Program-made: the position numbers and the translations under genes
Part shown: positions 19,607 to 28,808 of the stretch, piece by piece
Layout of the letters: the number at the start of each line of letters is the position of its first letter
Numbering within the stretch: the first letter of the stretch is position 1
Source: a virus
Lineage: Duplodnaviria > Caudoviricetes
DNA length: 64,000 nt
Direction: 5' to 3' (one strand)
IMG/VR virus record: IMGVR_UViG_3300027804_000057
Span: 21,934 to 85,933 of that record
The notes under the pieces: model-generated
Databases searched by the model: none
Seen by the model: the letters and a program-made list of their open reading frames with translations, nothing else
Told to the model about the DNA's origin: nothing

Positions 19607-20569
19607 ATGGCAGAAACAAATATTACAGGCCCACTTTGGGGTTACGAACAACGAAGCAGAAGACTTGCTGGCTTGTGGCCGACTAGTGTTTATGTAGCAC
19701 TTACCGGCACACAGAAAGCTATATTTGGATTTGGATCTACTGGCTCTAACTCAAATTTGACCAACCTAGTATCAAACACAGGTGTAGTTGGAAATGACGT
19801 CACTGGTGTTGGTAGTGCTAGAACTAATTTAGCAGCTGCAGGTTATGGTGGTGATAAGGCAATTTTTGGATATGGATATATATCTTCCGGTGGGCCCACT
19901 TATAGCAACCTAGTATCAAATACAGGTGTAGTTGCTACTGATACTGCTAGGGTTGGTACTAATAGATATCAACTAGCGGCCGCCGGTTATGGAACTGATA
20001 AAGCTATTTTTGGATATGGAATTAATGCATCAACTGGTAACGGTTCCTCAATAACCAATCTAGTATCAAACACAGGTGTAGTTGCAAGTGATACTTCAGG
20101 TGTTGGTAGTGCTAGAGATAGACTTGCGGCTGCAGGTTATGGAACTGATAAAGCTATTTTTGGATATGGTGCTGCTCCAAATGCCGCATCAATGACCAAT
20201 CTAGTATCAAACACAGGTGTAGTTGCAAGTGATACTTCAGGTGTTGGTAGTGCTAGGACAGGCCTTGCGGCCGCTGGATACGGAATTGATAAAGCTATTT
20301 TTGGATATGGCCGTACTACTGTCAATGTATCAATAACCAATCTAGTATCAAATCTCGGAGTAGTTGCTACTGATACTACAGGTGTTGGTACTGTTAGGCA
20401 ATCATTAGCCGCCGCTGGATATGGGGGTGATAAAGCAATTTTTGGATATGGCAACCCTGCCACATCTATAACCAATCTAGTATCAAACACAGGTGTGGTA
20501 GCAAGTGATACTGCAGGTGTCGGTACAGCTAGATTTGGATTAGCAGCCGCAGGTTATTCATTAAGTTAA
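19607..20569 (+). CDS. Six-repeat beta-propeller-like protein 3
   Basis: Six copies of the same repeat; 58 bp identical to paralogue 2 (18696-18753 = 19673-19730). Confidence 0.8.
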   Translation: MAETNITGPLWGYEQRSRRLAGLWPTSVYVALTGTQKAIFGFGSTGSNSNLTNLVSNTGVVGNDVTGVGSARTNLAAAGYGGDKAIFGYGYISSGGPTYSNLVSNTGVVATDTARVGTNRYQLAAAGYGTDKAIFGYGINASTGNGSSITNLVSNTGVVASDTSGVGSARDRLAAAGYGTDKAIFGYGAAPNAASMTNLVSNTGVVASDTSGVGSARTGLAAAGYGIDKAIFGYGRTTVNVSITNLVSNLGVVATDTTGVGTVRQSLAAAGYGGDKAIFGYGNPATSITNLVSNTGVVASDTAGVGTARFGLAAAGYSLS

Positions 20570-20604
20570 AAGAGTAAATACATAAACAATACAAAGGAAA
20601 CAAA

Positions 20605-20820
20605 ATGACAGACTTAGAAAACAGGCCTGCTCCAACAGCAGAACAAATTGCACAAGCAAGAGAAAATGCAATAAATGCAGAACGACCAGCATCATGGACA
20701 TGGAATGAGGAGTCAGTATCATATGTTGCACCAGTCGCTATTCCAACCGATGGTTATCCATACTTGTGGGATGAAGCTACAACTAATTGGGTACCGTTTC
20801 CAGATTATCCTAGAGGTTAA
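20605..20820 (+). CDS. Small Trp/Pro-rich protein, possibly fibre-assembly associated
   Basis: 71 aa, AAGGA SD; W.W.....YVAPVAIP.DG.PY.WDE...W pattern. Confidence 0.6.
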   Translation: MTDLENRPAPTAEQIAQARENAINAERPASWTWNEESVSYVAPVAIPTDGYPYLWDEATTNWVPFPDYPRG

Positions 20821-20863
20821 TTTTTAACACATAAATATACCTCATAAGTTAAGAATATAAAAA

Positions 20864-21817
20864 ATGGCTGCACCTTCAACAAGAACAGAATTTAAAGACT
20901 ATTGTCTGCGTAGACTAGGGTTTCCCGTTATTCAAATTAACGTGGATGATGACCAAGTTGACGACCGTATTGATGATGCTTTACAGTTTTTCCACGACTA
21001 TCATTTTGATGGTGTTGAAAAGATTTACATGAAGCACAGAATTACACAAGATGATATTGACCGTAAATTCATTTACTGTCCTGATCCAGTTATTTTTGTA
21101 ACTAAAATATTTCCGTTTGATGATTCCAATTCATCAATCAATATGTTTGACCTTCGTTATCAATTGCGTCTACATGATTTGTATGACTTCACATCGGTAT
21201 CTTATGTGTCATATGAAATCACTATGCAACACATCACAACACTAAACATGTTGTTCTCTGGTTACCCACAACACCGATTCAATCGTCATCAAAACAAAAT
21301 CTTTTTAGACATTGATTGGTCACGTGATGCGACTTTAGGTGAATATGTGGTTATTGAATGTTATCGTAAGTTAGCGCCAGATACAGTGATACTAACAGGC
21401 ACAGTTACGGCAACAAACACATCAAACGTAATGACTGGAACAGGTACAACATTCGACCAACAAATTCTTGAGGGTGATATCATTACAGTTGGTGGGCAAG
21501 ATGTACAAGTTAATCGCATCATTTCACCAACACAAGCATATCTAACCACAAACTTAACGACAAGTGTGACTGATGCGACAGCCACAAAGACTGGTGTGTC
21601 TGATGTTTGGGATGATAGATTTTTAAAACAGTATGCCACGGCGTTGATTAAATACCAGTGGGGTACTAACTTGTCAAAATTTGCTGGTGTACAGATGCCA
21701 GGTGGAGTCACGTTAGATGGTCCTCGAATTATGGCTGAAGCACAAGTAGAAATCGATAAGATTGAAACTGAGATGCAAGCTTATAACGTTCTACCTCCAG
21801 AAATTTTGACTGGTTAA
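20864..21817 (+). CDS. gp13: Neck protein gp13
   Basis: R.EFKDYCLRRLG.PVI.INVD.DQ..DRIDDALQ.F..YHFDG; QWG.NL.KF.G..PGGV. Confidence 0.92.
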   Translation: MAAPSTRTEFKDYCLRRLGFPVIQINVDDDQVDDRIDDALQFFHDYHFDGVEKIYMKHRITQDDIDRKFIYCPDPVIFVTKIFPFDDSNSSINMFDLRYQLRLHDLYDFTSVSYVSYEITMQHITTLNMLFSGYPQHRFNRHQNKIFLDIDWSRDATLGEYVVIECYRKLAPDTVILTGTVTATNTSNVMTGTGTTFDQQILEGDIITVGGQDVQVNRIISPTQAYLTTNLTTSVTDATATKTGVSDVWDDRFLKQYATALIKYQWGTNLSKFAGVQMPGGVTLDGPRIMAEAQVEIDKIETEMQAYNVLPPEILTG

Positions 21818-21820
21818 TGA

Positions 21821-22765
21821 ATGCCTACAAATTTTTACTTTCAACCATTTCCAACAGGAATTACCCAAGAACAACTACTTGTTGAAGACTTGGTGATTGA
21901 GGCCATGCAACAGTATGGTATGGACGTGTTTTACCTACCACGTTCTAGTGCAGACCCTAATGGTCCTGACACATTGTATGGTGAAGATACACTCAAACAA
22001 TATAGAGTTGCATTTCCAATTGAAGTATATTTGGAGAATGTTACTGGTATGGATGGTGAACAAGATTTCATCTCTAAATTTGGACTTGAGATTCGAGATG
22101 AATTAACATTACTAATTTCTCGCCGCAGATTTAAGTATGCCTCAGGTGCCACAAACTATAGTATACCTAGACTTGGTGACTTAGTTATTAACTCTGGACC
22201 AAAACGACCAATGGAAGGTGATTTAATTTACATTCCATTGATGCAAAACTTTTTTGAAGTAACTTTTGTTGAACACGAAAATGATCAAGCAATGTTTTAT
22301 ACATTAGGTCGTGGACGTGGTGGTAATGTTTATGTTTATGCACTGAAACTTAAACAATTTGTATTATCTGATGAGTTGATTCAAACTGGTCACACAGAGA
22401 TAGATGAACAAGCATTTGATTCATACAAGAGAACACGTTTGGATGTACCTATCAATGGCACAGGCAAATTTACAGTTGGTGAATTTGTTTATCAAGGCAA
22501 TTCTTTGGCAACTGCCAATGCGGTGGCCACGGTGCATACAACAGTTCCTGGTAGACACTTAGATGTGGTTAATGTCAAGGGTCAGTTTACAGTTGGTGTC
22601 ACCATCATTGGCGCAACAAGTGGTGCAACATGGGCACTAGAAACTGCAGCTGACGATATGCCAACAGACAGTGTGTTTGAAGATGTTGCCGATAATAATA
22701 TTATTCAAGATGAAGCTGGCGACATACTCGACTTCACTGAACACAACCCATTTGGTGAACCTTAA
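21821..22765 (+). CDS. gp14: Neck protein gp14
   Basis: EQ.LVEDLVIE...YG.DV.YLPR; F.SKFGLEIRDE; P.EGDLIY.P; ends NPFGEP. Confidence 0.92.
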   Translation: MPTNFYFQPFPTGITQEQLLVEDLVIEAMQQYGMDVFYLPRSSADPNGPDTLYGEDTLKQYRVAFPIEVYLENVTGMDGEQDFISKFGLEIRDELTLLISRRRFKYASGATNYSIPRLGDLVINSGPKRPMEGDLIYIPLMQNFFEVTFVEHENDQAMFYTLGRGRGGNVYVYALKLKQFVLSDELIQTGHTEIDEQAFDSYKRTRLDVPINGTGKFTVGEFVYQGNSLATANAVATVHTTVPGRHLDVVNVKGQFTVGVTIIGATSGATWALETAADDMPTDSVFEDVADNNIIQDEAGDILDFTEHNPFGEP

Positions 22766-23562
22766 TGTTAGGTAATGCACATTTCTATAACAGAACCATA
22801 CGAAAAGTTGTCGTTGGTTTTGGCACACTATTTAACGACATTCAGTTGATTCGTTACACCAGAGATATGGCAACAGAGGTCGAAAGATTTAAAGTGCCTC
22901 TGTCTTATGGTGCCAAAGAAAAATACTTAACTCGTTTGGCTTCCGATCCAGACCTAACAAAATCTATTGCAATAACTGTACCTAGAATCTCATTTGATAT
23001 GGTAGGTATGTCATATGATTCTAGTCGCAAAGGTGTTACAACCAACCGAAACTTCTCTCTTGGTACAAATAACACATCATTAAAATCTCAATACGGACCA
23101 ATACCATATAACTTTGATTTTAACTTATCAGTATATGTTCGTAATACAGAAGATGGTGCTCAGATTATGGAACAAATACTTCCATTCTTTACACCAGATT
23201 TTACTGTAACAATGGATTTTATTCCTGGTATGGATCAAAAGTATGACATGCCAATCATATTAAATTCTGTTTCTACGACTACAGACTATGAAGGTGACAT
23301 GATGAGTACCCGTTTGATTCTATGGGACTTGACATTCACTGCCAAAGCGTTCATCTGGCCACCAGTTAAAACAAGTGAGATGATTACTACATCTACTGCA
23401 AACACATATTTGAATTTTGCCAACTCTGCAAATGGTGACATTATAACATCAAATACATTTACACAGAATTCAATTATATCTTCCGTACAAACTAGACCAA
23501 GTCCTAACACTGCTGGTCCAGATGATGAATTTGGATTTGCAGAAACTATTACGTACTTTTAA
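22765..23562 (+). CDS. gp15: Tail sheath stabilizer/completion protein gp15
   Basis: HFYNRTIRK.VV.FGTLFN; VPLSYG.KEK; PRISF; EQILPFF.P. Confidence 0.92.
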   Translation: MLGNAHFYNRTIRKVVVGFGTLFNDIQLIRYTRDMATEVERFKVPLSYGAKEKYLTRLASDPDLTKSIAITVPRISFDMVGMSYDSSRKGVTTNRNFSLGTNNTSLKSQYGPIPYNFDFNLSVYVRNTEDGAQIMEQILPFFTPDFTVTMDFIPGMDQKYDMPIILNSVSTTTDYEGDMMSTRLILWDLTFTAKAFIWPPVKTSEMITTSTANTYLNFANSANGDIITSNTFTQNSIISSVQTRPSPNTAGPDDEFGFAETITYF

Positions 23563-23564
23563 TT

Positions 23565-23960
23565 ATGAAAAAATTAGATGAAAATTTATCTCAACTGTTG
23601 GAGATAGAACCATTGGAATCTGCTGGTCAGTTAGTACACACTGACTTAACACCAGATATTGCTGATGATGCTGAGTTTGCTCGGCAAAATATACGTGAGA
23701 TGATTACCAAAGGTAACTCTGCAATGGACACTTTGATACACGTTGCTAAAGATACTCATCACCCAAGAGCATTCGAGGTTGTGGCCACAATGCTTAAGAA
23801 TATGTCTGACCTAAATAAAGACCTAATGGAAATTCAAAAGCGTAAAAAAGATTTAGCACCAAAATCCATGAGTGATAAATCAATGAATATAGATAAGGCT
23901 GTGTTTGTTGGTTCAACCACAGAATTGGTAAAGTTTTTAAAGTCAAATAAAGAGAAATAA
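23565..23960 (+). CDS. gp16: Terminase small subunit gp16
   Basis: D.EFAR.NI; HPRAFEV; FVGST.EL...L; position before gp17. Confidence 0.88.
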   Translation: MKKLDENLSQLLEIEPLESAGQLVHTDLTPDIADDAEFARQNIREMITKGNSAMDTLIHVAKDTHHPRAFEVVATMLKNMSDLNKDLMEIQKRKKDLAPKSMSDKSMNIDKAVFVGSTTELVKFLKSNKEK

Positions 23961-23961
23961 T

Positions 23962-24396
23962 ATGGAACAATTAATTCAACAATTGAAAGTTATACTAGGC
24001 ACAAATTTTGCCTTGTATTTTAAGGCACACGGATTTCACTGGAATGTAGAAGGTGTAAACTTCCAACAGTACCACGATTTCTTTGCTGAGTTGTATACAT
24101 CAATATTTAATAATACTGATTTAATTGCCGAAAAGATTCGTATGTTGGATGCATATGCACCAGGTTCGTTATTGAGAATGTTGGAATTGGCAGACGTAGA
24201 AGAATCAGCAATCATTCCTTCTCCAATTTCTATGATGGCAGAATTGAAAAGAGATAACGATAGAATGATGGTTCATCTCCGTGCAGGTATTGTTGCTGCT
24301 GACCAAGCAGGAGAACCAGCTATTGGTAATTTCTTGCAAGACTTGTTAGACCAACACCAAAAACATGCATGGATGTTAAGAAGTTTTATTAAATAA
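23962..24396 (+). CDS. dps: Dps/ferritin-like protein
   Basis: KAHGFHWNVEG..F...H.FF.ELY......D.IAE.IR and C-terminal H.K.AWML typical of Dps. Confidence 0.88.
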   Translation: MEQLIQQLKVILGTNFALYFKAHGFHWNVEGVNFQQYHDFFAELYTSIFNNTDLIAEKIRMLDAYAPGSLLRMLELADVEESAIIPSPISMMAELKRDNDRMMVHLRAGIVAADQAGEPAIGNFLQDLLDQHQKHAWMLRSFIK

Positions 24397-24408
24397 TGGG
24401 TGTTGTAA

Positions 24409-26049
24409 ATGATTGATGCTGGTGGGTATCTAGGAAATGCCAACCTCAAACGTATTGGTGTAGAGTTATCTTACACCGAAGAACAAGTTGCCGAGATTAT
24501 AAAATGTACTGAAGATCCAGTTTACTTCATTAAGACATACGTTAAGATTGTTAACGTTGACCGTGGTCTTGTGCCATTCGAAATGTGGCCATTCCAAGAG
24601 GACATGGTACGAACATTCCATGAAAATCGATTCTGTATCGCAAAGATGCCTCGTCAGGTTGGTAAAACAACTACGACTGTGGGTTTCATGTTGTGGTCTA
24701 TTCTATTTCAAGACGATTATAGTATTGCCATTCTGGCCAACAAAGGTTCACTGGCACGTGACATTTTAGGTCGTGTACAGTATGCCTATGAATATTTACC
24801 ACTTTGGTTACAACAAGGTATCATTACTTGGAACAAAGGTAACATTGAACTTGAAAACAAATCAAAGATTGGTGCATTTGCCACTTCTGCTGCTGGCGTT
24901 CGAGGTGGTTCATATAACTTGATTTTCTTGGACGAATTTGCGTTCGTTCCAAAGAATATGGCTGACGAATTCTTTACGTCAACCTATCCGGTTATCTCAT
25001 CTGGTAAGACTACCAAAGTTATTATTGTTTCTACACCATATGGCCTAAACCACTTCTATAAGATGTGGGTTGATGCAACAGAGAAACGTTCGACCTATAA
25101 ACCATTAGAGGTTCATTGGTCACAAGTGCCAGGACGTGATGCCGCATGGAAAGAAGAGACCATACGTAACACATCAGAAGAACAGTTCCGACAAGAGTTT
25201 GAGACAGAATTCATTGGTTCATCGGCAACATTAATCTCTGGTTCTAAATTGAGGTCACTGGCATTCTTTGACCCTTTGAAACAAGAAGATTGTTTAGATA
25301 TCTACCAAGACCCAATTCCAGGACACCTATACATCGGTTGTGTGGATTGTTCTGAAGGTGTTGCACAAGATTACTCAACGATTAATATACTTGATGTGTC
25401 TCAAGTTCCATACAGGCAAGTTGCAAAATATCGAAACAATAAACTACCATTGTTATTTTTACCTACAGTTGTTTATGCATTATGTAAAAGATACAATACA
25501 GCATTTGCGTTGATTGAGACTAATAACATTGGCCAACAGGTTGTGGACATTCTTCACTATGACCTGGAATATGAGAACATATATAAGCTAGAACACCATC
25601 ATATTAAAGGACAATCAATTTCAGGTGGTTTCAAGCGTTCTACATCATTCGGTATCAAGACCACAAAATCAGTCAAAAAGATTGGTTGTGCCAACTTGAA
25701 GACCTTGATTGAAAATGACAAGTTAATTATCAATGACTTTGACACAATTGCCGAACTTAATACGTTTGTGCGAGTTCGAGACAGTTATGAGGCAGAAGAA
25801 GGTAACAACGATGACTTAGTTATGGGTCTGGTGTTATTCTCTTGGTTAACTGCACAAAGTTATTTTAAAGAAGATACCAATATCGACATCCGTAAGATGA
25901 TGTTAGAGGAACAAAATATGTTAGGTGACGAAGATTTGGCACCAGTAGGTATTATTGACGATGGCAGACCAGAGCCAGTAATTGATTCTGGTGGTACAGT
26001 ATGGCAAGATGATGTTAGAAGCCGAGGTTATATATCCTCAAATTTTTAA
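24409..26049 (+). CDS. gp17: Terminase large subunit gp17
   Basis: PRQVGKTT Walker A; IFLDEFAF Walker B; DCSEGV.QDYS; NDDLVM nuclease motif. Confidence 0.97.
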   Translation: MIDAGGYLGNANLKRIGVELSYTEEQVAEIIKCTEDPVYFIKTYVKIVNVDRGLVPFEMWPFQEDMVRTFHENRFCIAKMPRQVGKTTTTVGFMLWSILFQDDYSIAILANKGSLARDILGRVQYAYEYLPLWLQQGIITWNKGNIELENKSKIGAFATSAAGVRGGSYNLIFLDEFAFVPKNMADEFFTSTYPVISSGKTTKVIIVSTPYGLNHFYKMWVDATEKRSTYKPLEVHWSQVPGRDAAWKEETIRNTSEEQFRQEFETEFIGSSATLISGSKLRSLAFFDPLKQEDCLDIYQDPIPGHLYIGCVDCSEGVAQDYSTINILDVSQVPYRQVAKYRNNKLPLLFLPTVVYALCKRYNTAFALIETNNIGQQVVDILHYDLEYENIYKLEHHHIKGQSISGGFKRSTSFGIKTTKSVKKIGCANLKTLIENDKLIINDFDTIAELNTFVRVRDSYEAEEGNNDDLVMGLVLFSWLTAQSYFKEDTNIDIRKMMLEEQNMLGDEDLAPVGIIDDGRPEPVIDSGGTVWQDDVRSRGYISSNF

Positions 26050-26107
26050 AAACATAAATACAACATACATTAAAAAAATAATTCAGCCCTTAAAAGGAGA
26101 TTAAACC

Positions 26108-27784
26108 ATGGCTTTTCAATTATCACCAGGCGTGAATGTTTCAGAAGTTGACCTTACAACTGTTGTGCCTTCCACAGCAACAACTATTGGTGGTTTTGCC
26201 GGAAATTTTAACTGGGGACCAGTGAATGAGATTATCACAATTAGTAATGAAGTCCAATTAGTAGAAAAATTCGGTAAACCAGATAGCAACACCGCAACAT
26301 CATTCTTCACAGCAGCAAACTTTTTACAATATGGTTCAGATTTGAGAGTTATTCGCTCAGTAGGTTCTACAGCAAATAATGCAACAAACACTGGAACACC
26401 TGTAAGAGTACTCAACAAGACAAATTACGAACAAAACTTTGCAGCAGGAAGTAATTCAATTCAGTGGGCGGCAAAGTATCCAGGTTCACTAGGTAATGCA
26501 CTACGTGTTTCGATGGCTGACGCCAACGTATCAACAGGTTGGACATACTCAGGTGAATTTAGTACAACACCTACTACTTCCACATATGCATCCAGAGCAG
26601 CAGCTTCAAATGATGAAATTCATATTGTTGTTGTTGATATGACAGGTGCTATCACAGGTACAGCAAACACAGTTGTTGAAAAATTTGGTTTCGTTTCTAA
26701 AGCAGGCGATGCTAAGAATACAGATGGTTCTTCCAACTATTATAAAGATGTTATCAATAGTCAATCTAAGTATATTTGGTGGATGGGTCACCCAGACACT
26801 GGTGCAAACTGGGGTCAAACTGCTATTCAAGTAGCAACAACTGGTGCTTATAATGGTTTGGCAGTTAACAACTTTGACTTGTCTGCAGGTAAAGATACTG
26901 CACCAACTGCAGGTAACAGAAACACATCTTATGATTTGTTTAACAATGTTGATTCTGTTGATGTTTCTCTATTGATGGCCGGTGAAACTTCAGATGATGT
27001 AGTACCTGACCGACTAATTTCTATTGCCGAGTCACGCAAAGATTGTATGGTGTTTATTTCTCCACCATTAACTTCTGTGTTGAACAACTCAGGTTTAGAA
27101 GCATCAACTGTTAAAACTTATCGTGATACCATTACATCTTCTTCATACGCAGTTATGGATTGTGGATGGAAATATCAATACGACAAATACAATGACATTT
27201 ATCGTTGGTTGCCATTGAACGGTGATATTGCCGGTCTATTGGTTAGAACTGACGTTGACCGTGACCCATGGTTCTCACCAGCTGGGTTGAACAGAGGTCA
27301 AATTAAGAACGTTGTTAAATTGGCATGGAGTCCAACAAAATCTGAGAGAGATACATTGTACAATGCAGGTATTAATCCTGTTGTAACCTTCCCAGGTGAA
27401 GGTACTGTATTGTTCGGTGATAAAACTCTATTGAACAGACCAGAAGCAATGGACAGAATTAACGTTCGTAGATTGTTTATTGTACTAGAGAAAACAGTTG
27501 CTCGTGCATCTCGTTCTTCATTGTTTGAATTTAACGATGAATTCACACGTGCTCAGTTTGTTAACTTGGTTGAACCGTATTTGCGTGAAATCCAAGGCCG
27601 CCGTGGTATCTATGACTTCCGTGTTGTTTGTGATACTACAAATAACACACCAGAGGTCATAGACCGCAATGAGTTTGTTGGTGACATTTATGTTAAACCA
27701 GCCCGTTCCATCAACTTCATCCAACTAAACTTTGTTGCAGTCCGTACTGGTGTTGCATTCAATGAAATCGTTGGACGATTCTAA
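26108..27784 (+). CDS. gp18: Tail sheath protein gp18
   Basis: FQLSPGVNV.EVDLT; PWFSPAG.NRG; INVRRLF; SINFIQLNFVAVRTGV.F.E. Confidence 0.96.
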   Translation: MAFQLSPGVNVSEVDLTTVVPSTATTIGGFAGNFNWGPVNEIITISNEVQLVEKFGKPDSNTATSFFTAANFLQYGSDLRVIRSVGSTANNATNTGTPVRVLNKTNYEQNFAAGSNSIQWAAKYPGSLGNALRVSMADANVSTGWTYSGEFSTTPTTSTYASRAAASNDEIHIVVVDMTGAITGTANTVVEKFGFVSKAGDAKNTDGSSNYYKDVINSQSKYIWWMGHPDTGANWGQTAIQVATTGAYNGLAVNNFDLSAGKDTAPTAGNRNTSYDLFNNVDSVDVSLLMAGETSDDVVPDRLISIAESRKDCMVFISPPLTSVLNNSGLEASTVKTYRDTITSSSYAVMDCGWKYQYDKYNDIYRWLPLNGDIAGLLVRTDVDRDPWFSPAGLNRGQIKNVVKLAWSPTKSERDTLYNAGINPVVTFPGEGTVLFGDKTLLNRPEAMDRINVRRLFIVLEKTVARASRSSLFEFNDEFTRAQFVNLVEPYLREIQGRRGIYDFRVVCDTTNNTPEVIDRNEFVGDIYVKPARSINFIQLNFVAVRTGVAFNEIVGRF

Positions 27785-27810
27785 TAAATAGAGAGATAGG
27801 AGAAAATTAA

Positions 27811-28356
27811 ATGGCATTTAATATTAACGAATTCCGCTCTCAAATGCAGGGTGATGGTGCGAGACCAAACCTCTTTGAGGTAACCATGCCTTTTCCGGCA
27901 TTTGCTTTACCTGGTAATGCACAAACGAAATTATCATTCATGTGTAAGACCGCACAACTTCCAGGTTCTACTGTTGGTACTGTGCCTGTTCAATACTTCG
28001 GCCGTGAGTTGAAGTTTGTGGGCAACAGAACCTTCACTGATTGGACACTCTCAATCATCAATGATGAAGACTTTGTTGTGCGTAATGCATTTGAAAGATG
28101 GATGAATGGCCTGAACAGCCATAGTTTAAACGTTCGCAACCCATTGGCACAAACTCCAGGCAGTTATACTGTTGACGGAGAAGTTAAACAATTCGCCAAG
28201 AACGGTGACACGTTGAAGAAATATAAGTTTGTTGGTTTATTCCCAACAGACGTTTCTCCAATTGATGTTGACTGGGGTTCTAACGACTCAATTGAAGAAT
28301 TCACGGTGACTCTATCATATCAATGGTGGGAATCCGTAGAAGATAACGTGGTTTGA
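27811..28356 (+). CDS. gp19: Tail tube protein gp19
   Basis: GARPNLFEV; CKTAQLPGS..G; GNRTF.DWT....ND; IEEFTVT..YQWWE. Confidence 0.95.
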   Translation: MAFNINEFRSQMQGDGARPNLFEVTMPFPAFALPGNAQTKLSFMCKTAQLPGSTVGTVPVQYFGRELKFVGNRTFTDWTLSIINDEDFVVRNAFERWMNGLNSHSLNVRNPLAQTPGSYTVDGEVKQFAKNGDTLKKYKFVGLFPTDVSPIDVDWGSNDSIEEFTVTLSYQWWESVEDNVV

Positions 28357-28362
28357 CGAAAG

Positions 28363-28391
28363 AGGGTGGAGTGTAAAAACTCCACCTTTTT
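28363..28391 (+). terminator. Intrinsic terminator after gp19
   Basis: AGGGTGGAGT-GTAAAA-ACTCCACCTT then T run. Confidence 0.75.
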
Positions 28392-28397
28392 AGATAT

Positions 28398-28808
28398 ATG
28401 TCTTTATATTTGTTGGTAAAAGAACACAAAGTTACAGGATTAAAATATCTCTGTAAACATGAAGCACAATCTTTAAAAGATTGTGTTTTGTATCGTGGTT
28501 CCGGAACATATTGGAAAAGACATTTAAAACATTTATCAGAACACATAAAAATAATTCAACCATTAGCGGCAAAAGCAGCCAAAGAAAAATTGACAGGTGT
28601 TAAAAAGTCCGAACAGCATAGATATAATATGTGTGGTGAAAGACCTCATGTTAATCAAACTGGTAGTAAAAATAATAATGCTAAAAAAATACAAACACCG
28701 TTTGGCATTTTTTATAGTATAAGTGAAGCATCAAAAAATATACAAGGATATACTTATAAAATGATTTGGTCTAGATTAAATAATGTTTCGGGATGGAGAT
28801 ATATCTAA
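28398..28808 (+). mobile_element. Degenerate GIY-YIG (Seg-like) homing endonuclease gene
   Basis: LYLLVKEHKVTGLKYL...YRGSGTYWKRHL then NUMOD-like tail (KKSEQHR, TPFGIFYSISEAS); middle of nuclease domain appears missing. Confidence 0.65.

Larger units (their letters stand above)
16940..20569 (+). repeat. 18 copies of a ~140-bp coding repeat across three paralogues
   Basis: Exact blocks: 87 bp 17725-17811 = 19136-19222; 62 bp 20054-20115 = 20195-20256; 58 bp 18696-18753 = 19673-19730. Confidence 0.9.

Noticed and set aside
15055-20569. Diversity-generating retroelement, suggested by the Mtd_N domain and near-identical repeats
   Set aside because: No reverse transcriptase or non-coding template repeat in the window; differences between the copies I inspected include indels and non-adenine changes. 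A distant RT outside the window cannot be excluded
16940-20569. CRISPR-like constant/variable alternation
   Set aside because: Repeats are in-frame protein-coding units of about 140 bp with degenerate third positions; no cas genes or leader
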